This document shows, one piece after another, positions 45,805 through 58,826 of a stretch of 64,000 nucleotides of DNA. The notes beneath the pieces were generated by a model, which made no database searches, was not told the origin of the DNA, and was given only the letters and a program-made list of their open reading frames with translations. The stretch covers positions 1,364,001 to 1,428,000 of the forward strand of contig MU053881.1 of assembly GCA_013239625.1 (NCBI GenBank). The letters are read 5' to 3'. The DNA comes from Lama guanicoe. Taxonomy: Eukaryota. A program made the translations under genes and the position numbers. How positions within the stretch are numbered: position 1 is the stretch's first letter; the number at the start of each line of letters is the position of its first letter.

Positions 45805-46815
45805 TGTCAGACTGCCAGGGCTGTTGGAGCAAAGTACTGCAGCATTAAACAACAGACATTTGTTTTCTCATGATTCCGAAGGCTGGAAGCCCAAGGTCAC
45901 GGCGTCGGCAGGGTGGCTTCTCCCGAGGCCTCTCTCCTTGGCCTGCAGATGGCTCTGCGCACTCCCCGTGTCCTCACACGGTCACTCCTTTGTGTGTGTC
46001 TCTGTCTGAACTTCCTCTTCTCTTTTTTAGATATGGGAGTTCGTGTTTATTTAATATGGTGCTATTTCTTATGTATCATCTTTTACATGTAGCGATAGTA
46101 CATTTTTCAACTTGATTGTTTTAAAGCTGTGTAATTATTTACAACAGCGCAGCACGTGTGCTGTGTATAACACATCGTTTTGTCTCCTGCTGTTGAAAGG
46201 TCACATCTGAAGCGCTATATGCCATGTTACAGCTCCCCCTGACCAGAAGTCAGCAAATAATTTAACTGAATTATTCGTAAGTATAAACATGCAAATATCA
46301 CACATCATTTGTATGCACGTTACCCAAATATCCCTGAAGCGTATGCCAATATTATCCTTGGAAGAAGAAACCGCAACGCTGTTGACACACTGAAATAAAG
46401 TTAAGCTTTGCCATTCAGATCATCTTTATATTGTGAAAATTTCAAAACAGAAACGGTGAAGGAATTTTATGGCAAGCGCAGATCTAGTCCCCACCCAGAT
46501 TGCACCATTAACACTTCACTTGCTCTGTCTCTTTGTGCCTTTATCCATTCACCAGTGCATTTTATTTTTTCATGCATTTCAAAATAATTTCCAGATATCA
46601 CGTGCTCAGGGGGAGCCCTGAATACTGCAGCGTGCGTATTACTAACCAGTGACTCTCCTCTTCTTATGAAGACACCAGTCATGTCGGATCAAGACCCGCC
46701 CTAATGGCCTCATTTTAACTTGATTACCTCTTGGAAAACCCTGTCTCAATTACAGTCCCATTCTGAAGGACTGGGGGTTAGGACTTGGACACATGACTTT
46801 CGGTGGGGGACACGG
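45805..46815 (-). mobile_element. MLT1C/D-like MaLR LTR, interrupted at 46022-46655
   Basis: ttaaacaacagacatttgttttctca...ggcctctctccttggcctgcagatggc...cctcttct, resuming as tcttatgaagacaccagtcat...ctaatggcctcattttaacttgattacctc. Confidence 0.8.
46022..46655 (-). pseudogene. Putative retroposed mRNA 3'-end fragment (source gene not recognised)
   Basis: TSD tcctcttct at 46013-46021 and 46656-46664; T-run 46023-46028; AATAAA on the minus strand at 46051-46046. Confidence 0.6.
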
Positions 46816-47539
46816 CTCAGCCTGGACCACATCTAGTCAGGCTGGACACATCGGGGAGGCTCCAGATATCCGCTGGGGACAGGGCATGGGGGCGGGGTTC
46901 CGCAGGAAGCAGGCGGGCTCCGTGTGGGGACTGAAGCGGGCCTGGCAGGGCGGCTGGGCTGCGGGGGAGACCCTGGCTGCGCTGCGGAGAAGGCTGGAGG
47001 CCACACGTGGGAGCAGCCTGAGGGCTCTCCCTCGCAATCAGAAGCCACCCCCGCACCCCAGGGGCCTGGCCGGCTCGGTGAACCTTAGAAGGTGGGTTCT
47101 GATGGGAAGTGATGTGTGTGTCTTTGCAAAATAATGAATGGGAACACAAATTAAGGATTACTGAAGACTTGCATTTCACTTGCAGACTAAGCCTTTCAAA
47201 ACACACTTCTGTATTTTGGGACCGAGCAGGGATCCTTAAGGAAATGTTTGCCAACGTGGTTTGGAAAGAGAGTCGCTCAGCATGCCAATGGGAGTCACTG
47301 ATTAAACCCACATTCCTTAGAGAAGAGCTCCTGAGCTCCTGCCAAACGCCTGGGCTGGGCTGGGTGCGCTCCCTGACTGTCTGCCTCCCACTGCTGGGAC
47401 GTTTACCTGGCACTGAGGCGGACGCTGAGGCTCGGGGTTGGTGACCTGATGCCTTCTGAGCCCGGATGGATGCCCATCCCCCCAGCCGGCCATGCCCGGG
47501 GAGCCAGGACCTGGGCATCCCTGTCTTTTGGCTTTTGTT

Positions 47540-49520
47540 CAGTGTATATGACATACAGTGAACTCCGTGGATTTGAGATGTGCAATTCGCTGCATTTTGA
47601 CATGCGTGTACACCTGTGAAACCATCTCCACGGTCTAGATAGTGAATGTCGCCCTCTAAAGTCCCCTCCTGCCCCCTTGAATTGTCTCTCTTCCATCCTC
47701 TCCCTCCTGCCACCTGGGCATTTCTGGCTGGTTCCACTGATTTCTAGCACTAGTGATTGGTTTCCCTTTTTGTGAGATTTTCACATGAATAGAATATTCG
47801 TCCGGGGGAGGGGGGTCTGGTTTCCTTCACTCGGTACAATTTTTGAGAGTTTCTTCGATAATTTGCGCACGTTATCAGTTTGTTCTTTTTCACTGCCGAG
47901 TAGTATTACATGGATATAACACAGTTTGTTCAGCCATCTCACCTCTTGGTGGATATTTGGGTTGTTTCCAGTTCGGGGCTAATACAGACAAGGTCTTTTA
48001 TTTGTAATACTCATGTACAGGTCTTTGTGTGCAACACACTTTCATTTCTCTTTGGTGTAACTCCCTTGGAGTGGAATGGTGGATGGTCTGAGAGGTGTGT
48101 GATTAACTTCCTAAAACACCGCCAAACCGTTGTTCAAAACCATCGCATCATTTTACGTTCCCACCGGCAGTGTATGGCGAGTGTCCTATGTTCGTACAAT
48201 GTCTTTTTTCTTTGTTTGCTTTTAAGGTTTTCTCTTCATCCCTGGTTTTAAGCAATTCAATTGTGCTATTCCATGGCGTAGTTTTCTTCATGTTTATTTT
48301 GAGTTTCATTAGGATCCTTAGATCTGTGGTTTTATAGTTTTCATCAAAATTTGAAGTTTTTGCTCATTACTTCTTCAACATTTTTTTTTCTGTTCTCCTC
48401 TACCTCTTGGACTCCAATTACACACATATTAGGCCGCTTGAATCCCAAAATTCACTGACACTCTTCCTTTTTAAAAGCGTCCTTCCTCTCTGTGTTCATT
48501 TTGGGCAGTTCCTGTTGCTGTCTTCAGACTCGCCAATCTCTTCCTCTGCAGCCTCTGATCTTCCCTGAATCCTTTCTGTTGCATTTTCCACCTCAGACAT
48601 GATCGTTTTCATCTCCAGAATTTCAGTTTGGGTCATTGGGTATCTTTGACGTCTCTGCTTAACTTTTTGAACGTAGGCAGTGCAGGTACAATCCTTGTTT
48701 TAAGGTCTTTGTGTGCTAAGTCTGTGGCAATTGTGAGTCATTTTCAATTATTTCATTTCAATTCAATTTCACTTCAAAAAAATCTATGATTTTTCTGCTC
48801 ATTGTGGGGCTTCTTTTCCTGACAGTATTTTCTTATCGTATGCCAGACTATTATGAATTTTACCTCATTGGATGGTGGATATTTTTATATTTCTATCAAT
48901 CTTGAGCTTTGTTATGTCACAGTTACTACTTGAGAATAGCTTGATCTTTTGGGTCTTGTCTTTAAGACCCATTAGCTGGGGTCAGAGCTGTACTCAGTGT
49001 AGGGTAGTTATTCCCTGCCTTCGTGGTACCTTGCTCAGTGTCAGCAGGTGCTCCTCCCAGCCCTGTGTGAGAGCTTGGTGCTCTTCCCTCTAACCCTTTC
49101 AGGTGGCTCTGTCCCTGGCCTTGGGTGGCTTCTTCATGTACACGTGCTGACCAGTGCTCTGCTGAGTACCCAGCGGGGACCCTTGAAGATGTCCGTGGTC
49201 CTGTGTGTGTAGCTCTCAGCTCCCAGGTCCTCTGCTCTGCACGCCCTGACTGCCCTCACGTGCCGGGACTCCGTGCTGTCAGGCTCTCCCTGTGTTTCCT
49301 CTCCCTGTGCTGCAGCCTGGGAACTCCCCCCAGGCAGGAAGCCAGAGCGCTTGTTTTCTGTGTCTCTGAGATCGCTCTCTTTCCCTGCTTGACATCTGTA
49401 TCTTCAAAACTATTGTTTCATATATTTTGTTTGTGGGATTTTTGTTGTTGTTATTGTTTGGGTTTTTGATATTGTTTTAGGCAGGAGGGTAAATCTAGTC
49501 CTTGCTACTCCATCTTGCCT
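47540..49520 (-). mobile_element. Ancient L1 (L1MC/L1ME-like) fragments
   Basis: ctgccgagtagtattacatggatata...ggatatttgggttgtttccagtt...cccaccggcagtgtatg; ttagatctgtggttttatagttttcatcaaa. Boundaries approximate. Confidence 0.65.
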
Positions 49521-49677
49521 GGAAGTAGAAACCCATGACATGGCCTTTTTAACATTTTTGGAATAATTTTAGATTTATATACACAACCATGATTATATAC
49601 ATAACCACTTGGATACAGAACTATGGCACATAACCATAGTGCATTTGTGAAAAGTAAAAAATTAACTGTATACAATG

Positions 49678-50196
49678 CTCTGGCAGGCAGAATTCTAAGA
49701 TAGCTCCCAAGATGACCACCCCTTAGGGAGCACACTTCGTATAATGCCCTCCCCATGAGTGTATGCAGAACCTGTGATTATGATGGTATGATTGAGTTAC
49801 ACTCAACCTAAGATTGAGTTACTAATCGGCTTGTCCTTGGTGGGCCTGACTTAATTAGGTGAGTCCTTAAAAGAGATTGGACCCTTCCTTGAAGCATGAG
49901 AGGGTGTGTGAACGGGACCACATGGCAAGGAACTGTGCGCAGCCCCTGGCCAGCAGTCAGAAAGAGAATGGGGGTGGCCTCAGGCCACAAGGAACCACAT
50001 GAGCTTGAAAGAGGACTCAGAGCTCTAGAAACACCCAGATGATACGTTGATTTTAGCCTCGTGATACCCTAAGCAAAAAACCAAGTTCATCTGTATCTGG
50101 ACTTCTGTCCATGAAAACTGTAAGACAGTAAATTTGTGTTGCTTTAAACTGCTTACTTGGTGGAAATTTGTTATGCAGCAATGGAAAATGAATACA
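49678..50196 (+). mobile_element. MLT1E/F-like MaLR LTR
   Basis: tggcaggcagaattctaagat...gaaaactgtaagacagtaaatttgtgttgctttaa...tgttatgcagcaatggaaaatgaataca. Confidence 0.7.
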
Positions 50197-50379
50197 ATTA
50201 CTGTGAATTAAAAAGAACCAGGTCAAATTCATGAGTAACAATAACCCACTGTTCATCTAGCAAGACCAGCATTAAGCCATGGACCGTTCCCACCACCTCC
50301 AGTTTGCAAGATGATTTTAACACTCTCATATTGTGTCTCCATTGGAGGTGGTCAGAATTCTGATCAAGAATAGATCTAT

Positions 50380-51312
50380 CATATGAGAAAATATTTGCAA
50401 ATCGTATATCTGATGAAAATGTAGGTATCCAGAATATGTAAACAACTCTTAACAGCTCAGCAACTAAAAGATAAACAATGCAATTTAAACATGGACAAAG
50501 GGCTTTAACAGACATTTCCTCATACAAGGTATACCGATGGCCAACAAGCACATGGAAATATGCTCAACATCATTAGTCACTAGGGAAACGCAAGTCAAAC
50601 CCAAAATGAGATCCCACTTCACAGCCATTAGGATCTATTGGTGAGAATGGGGAGAAATTGGAACCTTCATACATTGCTGGTGGGAACGTAAAATGGTTCA
50701 GCCACTGTGGAAAAGTTCGGTGGATCATCAAAATGTTAAATATGGAATTATCATATGACCCAGCAATTCCACTCCTAGGTATATACCCAAAAGAATTGAA
50801 AATAGGTACTCAAACAATCCATGCACATACACTCATGTTCATAGCAGCACTACTGACAATAAACAAAAGGTGGAAACAGCCCACATGTTCATCAGTGGAT
50901 AAACAAGTTGTGGTATGTCCATACAATGTAATACTATTCAGCTGTAAAAAGGAATGAAGTACTGACACATGATACAAAGTGGATGGACTGCGAAAACATT
51001 TTGCTAAATGAAAGAAACCAGACACAAAAGGTCACATATTATGTGACTCTGTTTATATGAAGTATCCAGAATAGGTCAGTCCATAGAGACAGAAAGCAGA
51101 TTGATGACTGGGAGGAGGGAGGAGAGGGAACGTACTGGCTGATGGGCACAGGATTTCCTTTTGGAGAGATGGTGATGTGTTGGAACTAGACAGGGGGAAC
51201 TAGCTCAAGGGGGTGGTTGCCCAACATTACGAATCCCCTAAACGCCACTGAATTGTTCACTATAAAGTGGTGAATTTTGTGTTATGTGAACGTCACTTTA
51301 ATTTTTTAAAAA
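50380..51312 (+). mobile_element. L1MB-like 3' fragment
   Basis: ORF 50658..50957 (ELSYDPAIPLLGIYPKELK...[18 protein letters not shown]) is the L1 ORF2 C-terminus; 3' UTR follows. Confidence 0.88.
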
Positions 51313-51639
51313 AGAATAATCTGTTATGGAAAATAGCACAGTTGTATCTTAATCAGTGAGTGGTAAGTGGTGCTGTGATTTTGCCGCCCATTTTTTTGGT
51401 GGGGGAGGATGACTCAGAGTTTATTAGTTTTGCCACCTGGACAGTATAGCCGAACCAGCTGCCATAAGGCAGTTCCAATTTCAACAGAGCAGTAAATGAG
51501 CGTTAAAAGTGAGTGTAAATCCCAAGAAAAAAGTAGAGGGGCATGGCCGCTGCTACAAGGAGATTCACCCCCTGAGCCCTGTGGTCCGCCCTCGTGGGAG
51601 ACACAGCTGCCAAGCCAGGGAGAGGCAGTAACGGGTTTG

Positions 51640-52212
51640 CTATCCATTCTTCAAGTGAACTACAGACTTGATTCAGATCTTCTCACCAGTTTGTCCTCTC
51701 ATGTCCTTTTCCTGTTCCAGAATCCCGTCCAGGAGACCACATTTGCATTTAGTTGTCTTGTCTCCTCTGATCTATGACATCTTCTCAGTCTTTCTTTTTT
51801 TTTTTTTTAATGACTTTGACAATTTTGAGACATATTGGTCAGGTTTTCTGTAGAATGTTGCTTGATTTGAGCTAGCCCCATGTTTGTCATGATTAGACAG
51901 ACTGGGTTATAGGTGTGTGGGAAGAATACCGCTCGGTGGATTGCCACTGTCATGACATCATGCCAGTGGTCCATGACGTCAGCGTGCCCTGCCTGTCGCT
52001 GGTGACGTGAGCCTTGATCACTTGATTCAAGTGGTACCTGCCAGACTCCTCCATTATGAACTCACTGCTTTCCTTTCCCTGCCCTGCTCTTTGGAAGTGA
52101 GTCTCCAAGTCCAGCCACATGGAAGGCGAGGGGAATTTAGCTCCACCTCCTGGCCAGGGAAGTATCTACATATATCACTCAGAATTCTTCTGTAAGGAAG
52201 ACTTCTCTTATT

Positions 52213-52263
<51 letters not shown>

Positions 52264-53360
52264 CCAATCATTTATGCCAATCAAGACTTGTGGATTTCTA
52301 ATTTATTCTTTGGATTATAACCTAATACACATTATTTATTTCGTTGGTTAAGTTGTTCTAGCTTTGGCCATTCTGGAGGTTTTTCAGGTTGGTTTTGTGT
52401 TTCTGTGAAGTACCCTCCCCCTCCTCCCTCCTTTTAAAAGCACTTCCTTACTTTCTGGACTATAAGACATTCCAGGTTTATCTTATATTTTTCCTTCCAT
52501 GGCTCTAGAATCATTCATTTCTTTAAGGAGTCCTGGGTCCTTTTATTGGAGAATGGTATTTAGAAACCAAGATCTGGGTGCTGACTGTGCTTGTTGCTAC
52601 TAGGGTGTCATTGGCTGTGGGTCTTCTCTGCAGACAGCTAAGGTACATACGTGTGTATGTACACCTCCTGTGCACACATACCTATAATTAATTCCGTATG
52701 CATAGAGTGTGTAACATAAACGTAACCCCATAGGGATGTCTCTGACTAGCCCTGCATCACAGGGTTCATTCTAGCTTCCCTCCTTTGCTTATTTTTAACT
52801 TTTCTCAGACAGTGAGAAACTTGACTCTAATTGCCCATAGTTTATTCACTACAAATATTCAACCCCAATAAATATGTAAAGTGATTTCAAAATTGCTCCC
52901 CCTGAACCCCCGTGAGAAACAACTTTACCTACCAGATTACAGTGTTTATGTATGGCCTTCAGTCTTATAGTTCTCAACTGAAATGCTGCAGTTCTCAACT
53001 GAAACCCTATTTTGCCATGTGACTTAGGTTAACTACATGTTTTCTTCCCCACTACCTGCAGTGAGGTTATATCATGCGATTTTATGTAGTTAGATTCGTT
53101 TGTCTCTGCGTGCGTTCCACCCTGGGGTTCTCCAACATCCTGGCTGATTTTCTTTTTAAAGCTTGTATCCATCAAAATTTACTCTTTGTGATGCACAGTC
53201 CAGTAGTTCTTGACAAATGTGTCAAGTCTTGTATCCAGCATCCCAGTACCATACAGAACAGCCCATCTCCTCACGTCTCCATGTGTCTCCTGGCACTTCC
53301 TTCTTCCTGTTCCCTCAGCCTTTGGCAACCACTGACCTAATTTCTGTCCTTATAGTTTTG
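51640..53360 (-). mobile_element. Old L1MC-like 3' fragments
   Basis: ttcctgttccagaatcccgtccaggagaccacatttgcatttagttgtc...ggagaatggtatttagaaaccaagatctgggtgct. Confidence 0.6.
52211..52262. repeat. (TTTC)13 microsatellite
   Basis: Perfect tttc run. Confidence 0.93.
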
Positions 53361-53767
53361 TATGGTCTGCATTTTTTAGACATGAAAATTGATCATAAGC
53401 AGAGGCTGTCTTGCTTTGTGATTGAAGTTAGCTGACACCAGGATTCAAGTCCAGTCCTGACATATTGCCCGGAGCCTCAATTTTCTCATCTGTAAGTGGG
53501 TATAAAAATAGTTTTAGCCCCAAGGAGGGGTATTCTTGGGAAGACTAGATAACAGCTGTTGGCACAGTGCCTGGCACATAGTAAGTAACCAGTCATCTCG
53601 ATGCTAGTAATATTTTATATTTGCCGTCCTCATCATCACCCAGGTGGGGTATTAAAAGAGGAATGTGAACGAGGCCAGGAAACGCTGCGCTCTCGAGCTG
53701 GCCGTGGGAACGAGGGAACGTAAGGAAGTACGCCTGAGCCCTTCCCTGCGGGGACGAAGGCGGGCGG

Positions 53768-53860
53768 NNNNNNNNNNNNNNNNNNNNNNNNNNNNNNNNN
53801 NNNNNNNNNNNNNNNNNNNNNNNNNNNNNNNNNNNNNNNNNNNNNNNNNNNNNNNNNNNN
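53768..53860. other. Assembly gap (93 N) followed by a poly-C run (53861-53887)
   Basis: N characters. Confidence 0.99.
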
Positions 53861-56800
53861 CCCCCCCCCCCCCCCCCCCCCCCCCCCGCCCCGCCGCCTG
53901 CCGCGCCTGTGGATTGTCAGCGCTGATCCTGGAATTAGTTAGGGCTTCCTGAGGAGGCAGAATCATCTGCGTGTCATGCAAAAACTGACCCCGGCGGGGG
54001 GATTTCAGGACTTCATCTTGCCTCTTCTCCTCCTCAGGATTTTTTTTTTTTTCACTGAGACGACGATGTTACAACACGGAAAGCACTTTTAAAGAAGCAA
54101 ATCTCCATAATCCCTCCATCCAAGTGGGCTGGTGTTTTTGGTGGCTGCTGCCGTCCCACGCCTGCGTTTCTACACAGATGTAAACATTATTTATGGTACC
54201 ATAAACATTTTCCCTTGCTGCTGCACAGTCTTCATGACGATTTCTCGTGAAGATACGACGGTTCCGGGAAGGGGATTCTCCATCCTTCACTCAAACCCTC
54301 CCGCTGTTTTGCGGCGCTATTTCGTGAATCTCTTTCTTTTTTTTCCCCCCCTTCTGCTGATTTATTTCCTTGGAATGGATTCCCAAGAGTAGGAATTTTA
54401 TGTCAAAGGATAGGAATGTCTTTGTGGCTTTATCTGTAGCATTTTGCAGAAATAAATCATTATCTCCTTTTTTCGTATGAGGATCTATCTTTCATCAAAA
54501 TGCAGCTGTTCAGGGATGGGATCAAGTAGCTGGTGAAGTGTGTGAGACTAATACTTCAACAAATCATTAATAAATTTATCATCTGACCATGTAATGCTTT
54601 TTTGAAAACCGCGAGTTTCCCTGATGAGTTTTCCCTTGGTGCTTGCCACCCCTCCCCCCAAACTCCAAGTTCCCCTTCTCCATACTTCTGGAGGGAGCGC
54701 TCCCAAAGTCAGGTCTTTTCTTAGAATCTCATTCTTTATTTACTTTTGGAGTCAGGACTTGTTTGCATATGTAAAACCAGGACCATATTGTTTGCAGATG
54801 CTAGGGGTGCTGCCAGATAATTGAATGTAAAAAGCTGAGGCTTTTGAATTATTTTTACAGACCTGGACACAAAAGCATATTTTCTTAGAATTTAAAGAAA
54901 CAAGCATGGAAATAAAGATCGTGGTATTGGGTTTCTAATTCAAACATTTAATTTTGTGTTCCTAATAGGGATTTTTAAACCCAGAGTTAGGGACCTGGAG
55001 ATGGGAGTGGGAGGCGGGGCAGAGGACTAGGAGGTAAAACTTTGCAGATTCACCGACTAATCCAGAAAAAGAAACACATCAAAGGAGTTAAAATAAATAG
55101 CAAAACAAAAACTCCATCAGTTACTTATGATTCCATCTAGTAGCATTTAACAATACGTCCCCCCCCCTTCTTCAACAGTTTTCTGTTTAGCTTTTGTATG
55201 AAGATAAGAATAGCTTAAAAGTAATTGTGTTTCCTATCAGTGTTGATAAAGCCCCCTTTCCCTCGGGGGAGCCGCCCAGATGTGATAGTACTTGTTAAAA
55301 GCAAATTGTTTTTGCTTGTTACTGTTTATGTGCTAAAGAAAAAGCTTTCCAGAGTAAGGACTGAAATTCAGACTACCACATTAATTAAAGTTTATTTTAG
55401 CTTTGACAAGAGCATCTGCTTAAAATTCTAGCATAAGGACATTTTAAAATTGCATGAGATTCAAAGCTCATTAGCAAAACTATTAATTAAAAACCCTGAA
55501 ACCCTTTAAAACCCTAATTAAAACCCTAACGTAAATTGCAAATTTTAGAATTTATTTTTAACTCTTATTTATCACATGCTGCAATGTATGTACAGAAGTT
55601 TCTGTGGCTTAAATAATGTTATTGCTTGACAATTTTTGTGGTGTGAATAATTAATATTATTTGATTGTTATACCCTATGTGCCCATGAAAATTCTTTTTA
55701 ATTACAAAATATTTCAAATATATAATAATAATAATAATAATAATTATAATTATAAATGCCTTGTATTTTGCCATATTTGCTTCTGATTTTTAAAGAAATA
55801 AAATGTTACTCTTTTGCACTTCTCAAAAAAAGGCAAATTTTTTTAGCACTAAGTGCTTTTTAAATTTTTTAACAAGTGTAGCTTCTAGCCTTTCTAGCAA
55901 TGATAAAAACAGATGAGAGCTCCTCCTACTAATTTACTGGCTTAAACTAGAAGGCTGGATTCTTTTCCCCAGTAAATTTGGAAATCTGTAGTCGTATCTG
56001 CAGGTACAATGGGGAGAAAAGGTGAGTTCTGAGGTCCTGCGCACGCCTGCACCGCTGGCGGCTTGGGCCGCGTCCCAGGTCGGTGAGGACGGGCGTGGCC
56101 GGGATGCTCCAGAGTCCGGTGCAGGGGCGGCCGCTGGAGGCTGGGGGTGGCAGTGTGGGTGGTAGTTGCTCTTGCTGCTGCGGGTCTCACCCCCTTGGGG
56201 GCGGCCTGTGGCAGCTGCAGGGGCACCTCTGGAGGCTAGGGGCCAGCCGGGCTGCTCGCAGGGTGGCTCTGGGCCAGGTGGACAGTGTCAGGGCAAAGTA
56301 CCACCCCCCACCCCCACCCCTGTCCCCGTCCCTGGCTTGAGCAGCAGCGAGTGGCAGGTGGGGGTCTGGCCCGGAGCTGAGAGCTTGGCAGCCAGAGGCC
56401 TAACCAGGTTCGGATTTCTGGGGCTAGCCAAGGCCTTGGGATGGGGGTGGAGGGCTGCAGAGTTGGGATGAGGATGGAGACGTCCTGTCATGATCCTGCT
56501 TTCACAGCACCTCCGCTGCAGTGTCCACGACCCCTGTCCTCCTGTTCTCAGAACTCGGCCTTAACTCCATCTCTCTTCGGTATCAGCCTCTGTGGCCCCC
56601 GTGGAAAACCAGGGCGAGGCTGGCAGGCTGGGAGGGAGAGGGAATTTGGGAGGGCTTTGCAGGGCCCGCAGCTACCCTCTTTCTGTCTCGGGCTCCCGGT
56701 CCTGGGCGGTTCAGCCAGAGGCAGACAGGGCTTGGCTGGAGCCCCTTCTTATGTGAAAATTCCAGGCTTAGTGGTCAAGGGCTTAAGACTGGAGGTGGCT

Positions 56801-57906
56801 TTCTTGCCTCCTCTAAAGCGGCGCTTTAAAAATTACATTTTTGTTCGTTTGTTTGCTGTACTATTTTCAAGATATTTGTATTATTTTTTAATGGAGAAAA
56901 ATTACATTTTTATGTTTGACCCTACGTACCTCTTCTGGTGGTCATCTTGCATTTTTTATTCAAATTAACACATTAGGGATTTGCTTTGCTTTTTTTAGGG
57001 AGATTTTCTCGTTTTTGTTTTTTGGTTTTGTTTTTTTCCTAGAGAAGGTTAATGCTTTGTATAGCCTTGTCAGGACTCAGGTGTTGGCTAGCTCTGGGAC
57101 TGTGGACCAATTGCTTCACTCCCCTAAACCTGGATTTGGGATTGCGGATGAATTTCTCCATTTTTTACAAGCTTGTGTCCCCTCTGTGGGGCAGGGACCA
57201 TGATTCAGGCCTCAGAGGTTACTCCGCATGTCACATCAAGTGCTAGTTATGCCAGAGCTGTGCTGTGAGTTGCCATCATAGCAGACTTCTGACTCCATGG
57301 CTGTGGTCAGTCTTTCCCCTTCACCCAGGTCTAGCATGTGTCGAGATTCTGGTTAAATGGAACTGAACCAGAGTTTCTAGGCCAAGGATCCCCACTGATA
57401 AGAAGAAAGGAAGATGCCATCAGGGTGGATTAGGTCTGGGCCGAGGGGTCTGACGCCAGTGGGCTGAGAGGGGCTGCAGCCTAGTGGGCCGAGGGCTCCC
57501 TGGGGTCGGATGGGGGTGGCCCCTCGAACAGGGAAGGAGGTTCAGGGGCCAGTTTGGGTTGGGCCCACCTGGCACCCCCCTGCTCTGCCCTCCCATCCTC
57601 ATGCTGACCACGGGGTCCCTTTGTTGGTCCTGGGTTTGTATTAGAAAATGTTATAACAAAGCAGAAACCTGCTGCCTTCTGTTCAGGGACTCCCAGGTCA
57701 TTGCTTAATGCTTATTTTTGTTTCTCCTCCTGTTTTATTAAAACTGCCCATAGAATTCAGTGACCTTTTAAAAAATGGTCTTGAAAGCCCCAGCACCACC
57801 ACTGTAGATCCTTCAGATACACTGATTTTTGCTGATTTTTCCACTTCTACCCCTCTCTGCTCTGAAACTCATCCTTATATTTTTTCCCCCTTTCTTCCTG
57901 GTTCAG

Positions 57907-57973
57907 AAGCTGGAGGGACTCGCCAAGCTCCGGACAGTTCGGGAAGCACCGTTGGAGTGCGTCTGCCCCCCAG
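57907..57973 (+). CDS. COL23A1: COL23A1 exon 2 (67 nt; KLEGLAKLRTVREAPLECVCPP-G); gene continues beyond the window
   Basis: Long pyrimidine tract with gttcag| acceptor; phase 0 matches exon 1; CAG|gtaagt donor; RxxR furin-type site (RTVR) and CxCPPG before the first collagenous domain. Confidence 0.93.
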
Positions 57974-58826
57974 GTAAGTGGATGTCTGATCCTGGCTGGC
58001 TCCTGACTTCTGAAGCCCTGGCCTTCTCGCCCTTGTCTGCTCAGAACCGCCGGGGACACGGTGAAGGGAATCACCTTGGCTTTCGGGTTGTCTGTTGTAC
58101 CGCGTGGAGCGTCCTGGGGTCTTTCTTCCTACCGCTTCCCTGGTAGGCATGTCATGAGAGATTCTGGCAAAATCAGCCGACTTGGTTTGATGAGGACAGT
58201 GGTGTTGGGGAAGGAGCTGAGAAGTGTTACAGATGACTTACAGTAACGGCTCAGATGCTCGGAAAGTAGCAGCCGTCCCATTTTAAAGATGGAGAAGCAG
58301 GCCTGAACCGCCCACATGGTATTAACCTTGTGACCCCAGCTCTGTCTCACACCTGAGGGGCTGCGGGTGGGTAGAGAAATAATCCGATGAATGTAGGTTT
58401 TTTGTTTGATTTTTTTGGGTGGAGGTAGAAGAAAGGAGTATGAAACATGGTCTGAATGACTCAGATAGTCATGTCTCTTGGGTTGTGGTGGTGTAGACCA
58501 GGATGGCTGTGAACAGAATGAGGATTTGCTGGTTCCGAATCGATGTGGCTCAAACCATGGTTCATATCGGGTCTCCTGGGTGTCCTCAGGGGAGCTTTGC
58601 ACAGACTATGGCTGAGAATTTAGGGCTGTAGTCTCAGCCCCAGTATTTTCAGGACTAGAATTATCCTCTCCTAGAACTGCATGGAATACCAGTGAACAAG
58701 TGGGAAGTCGTAGTATTTCCCAGGCTTCCCTCCACGCCGGGTAAAGTAACAGAATATGGGAGATGAACCCAGGCCCCTGTTCCTTGCTGTCACGCCTTCC
58801 ATTGGCCAAGCCAACATTTCCCAAAC

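Noticed and set aside
46817..47737. 306-aa minus-strand ORF
   Set aside because: Begins in an L1 remnant, runs through GC-rich intron and has no recognisable domain.
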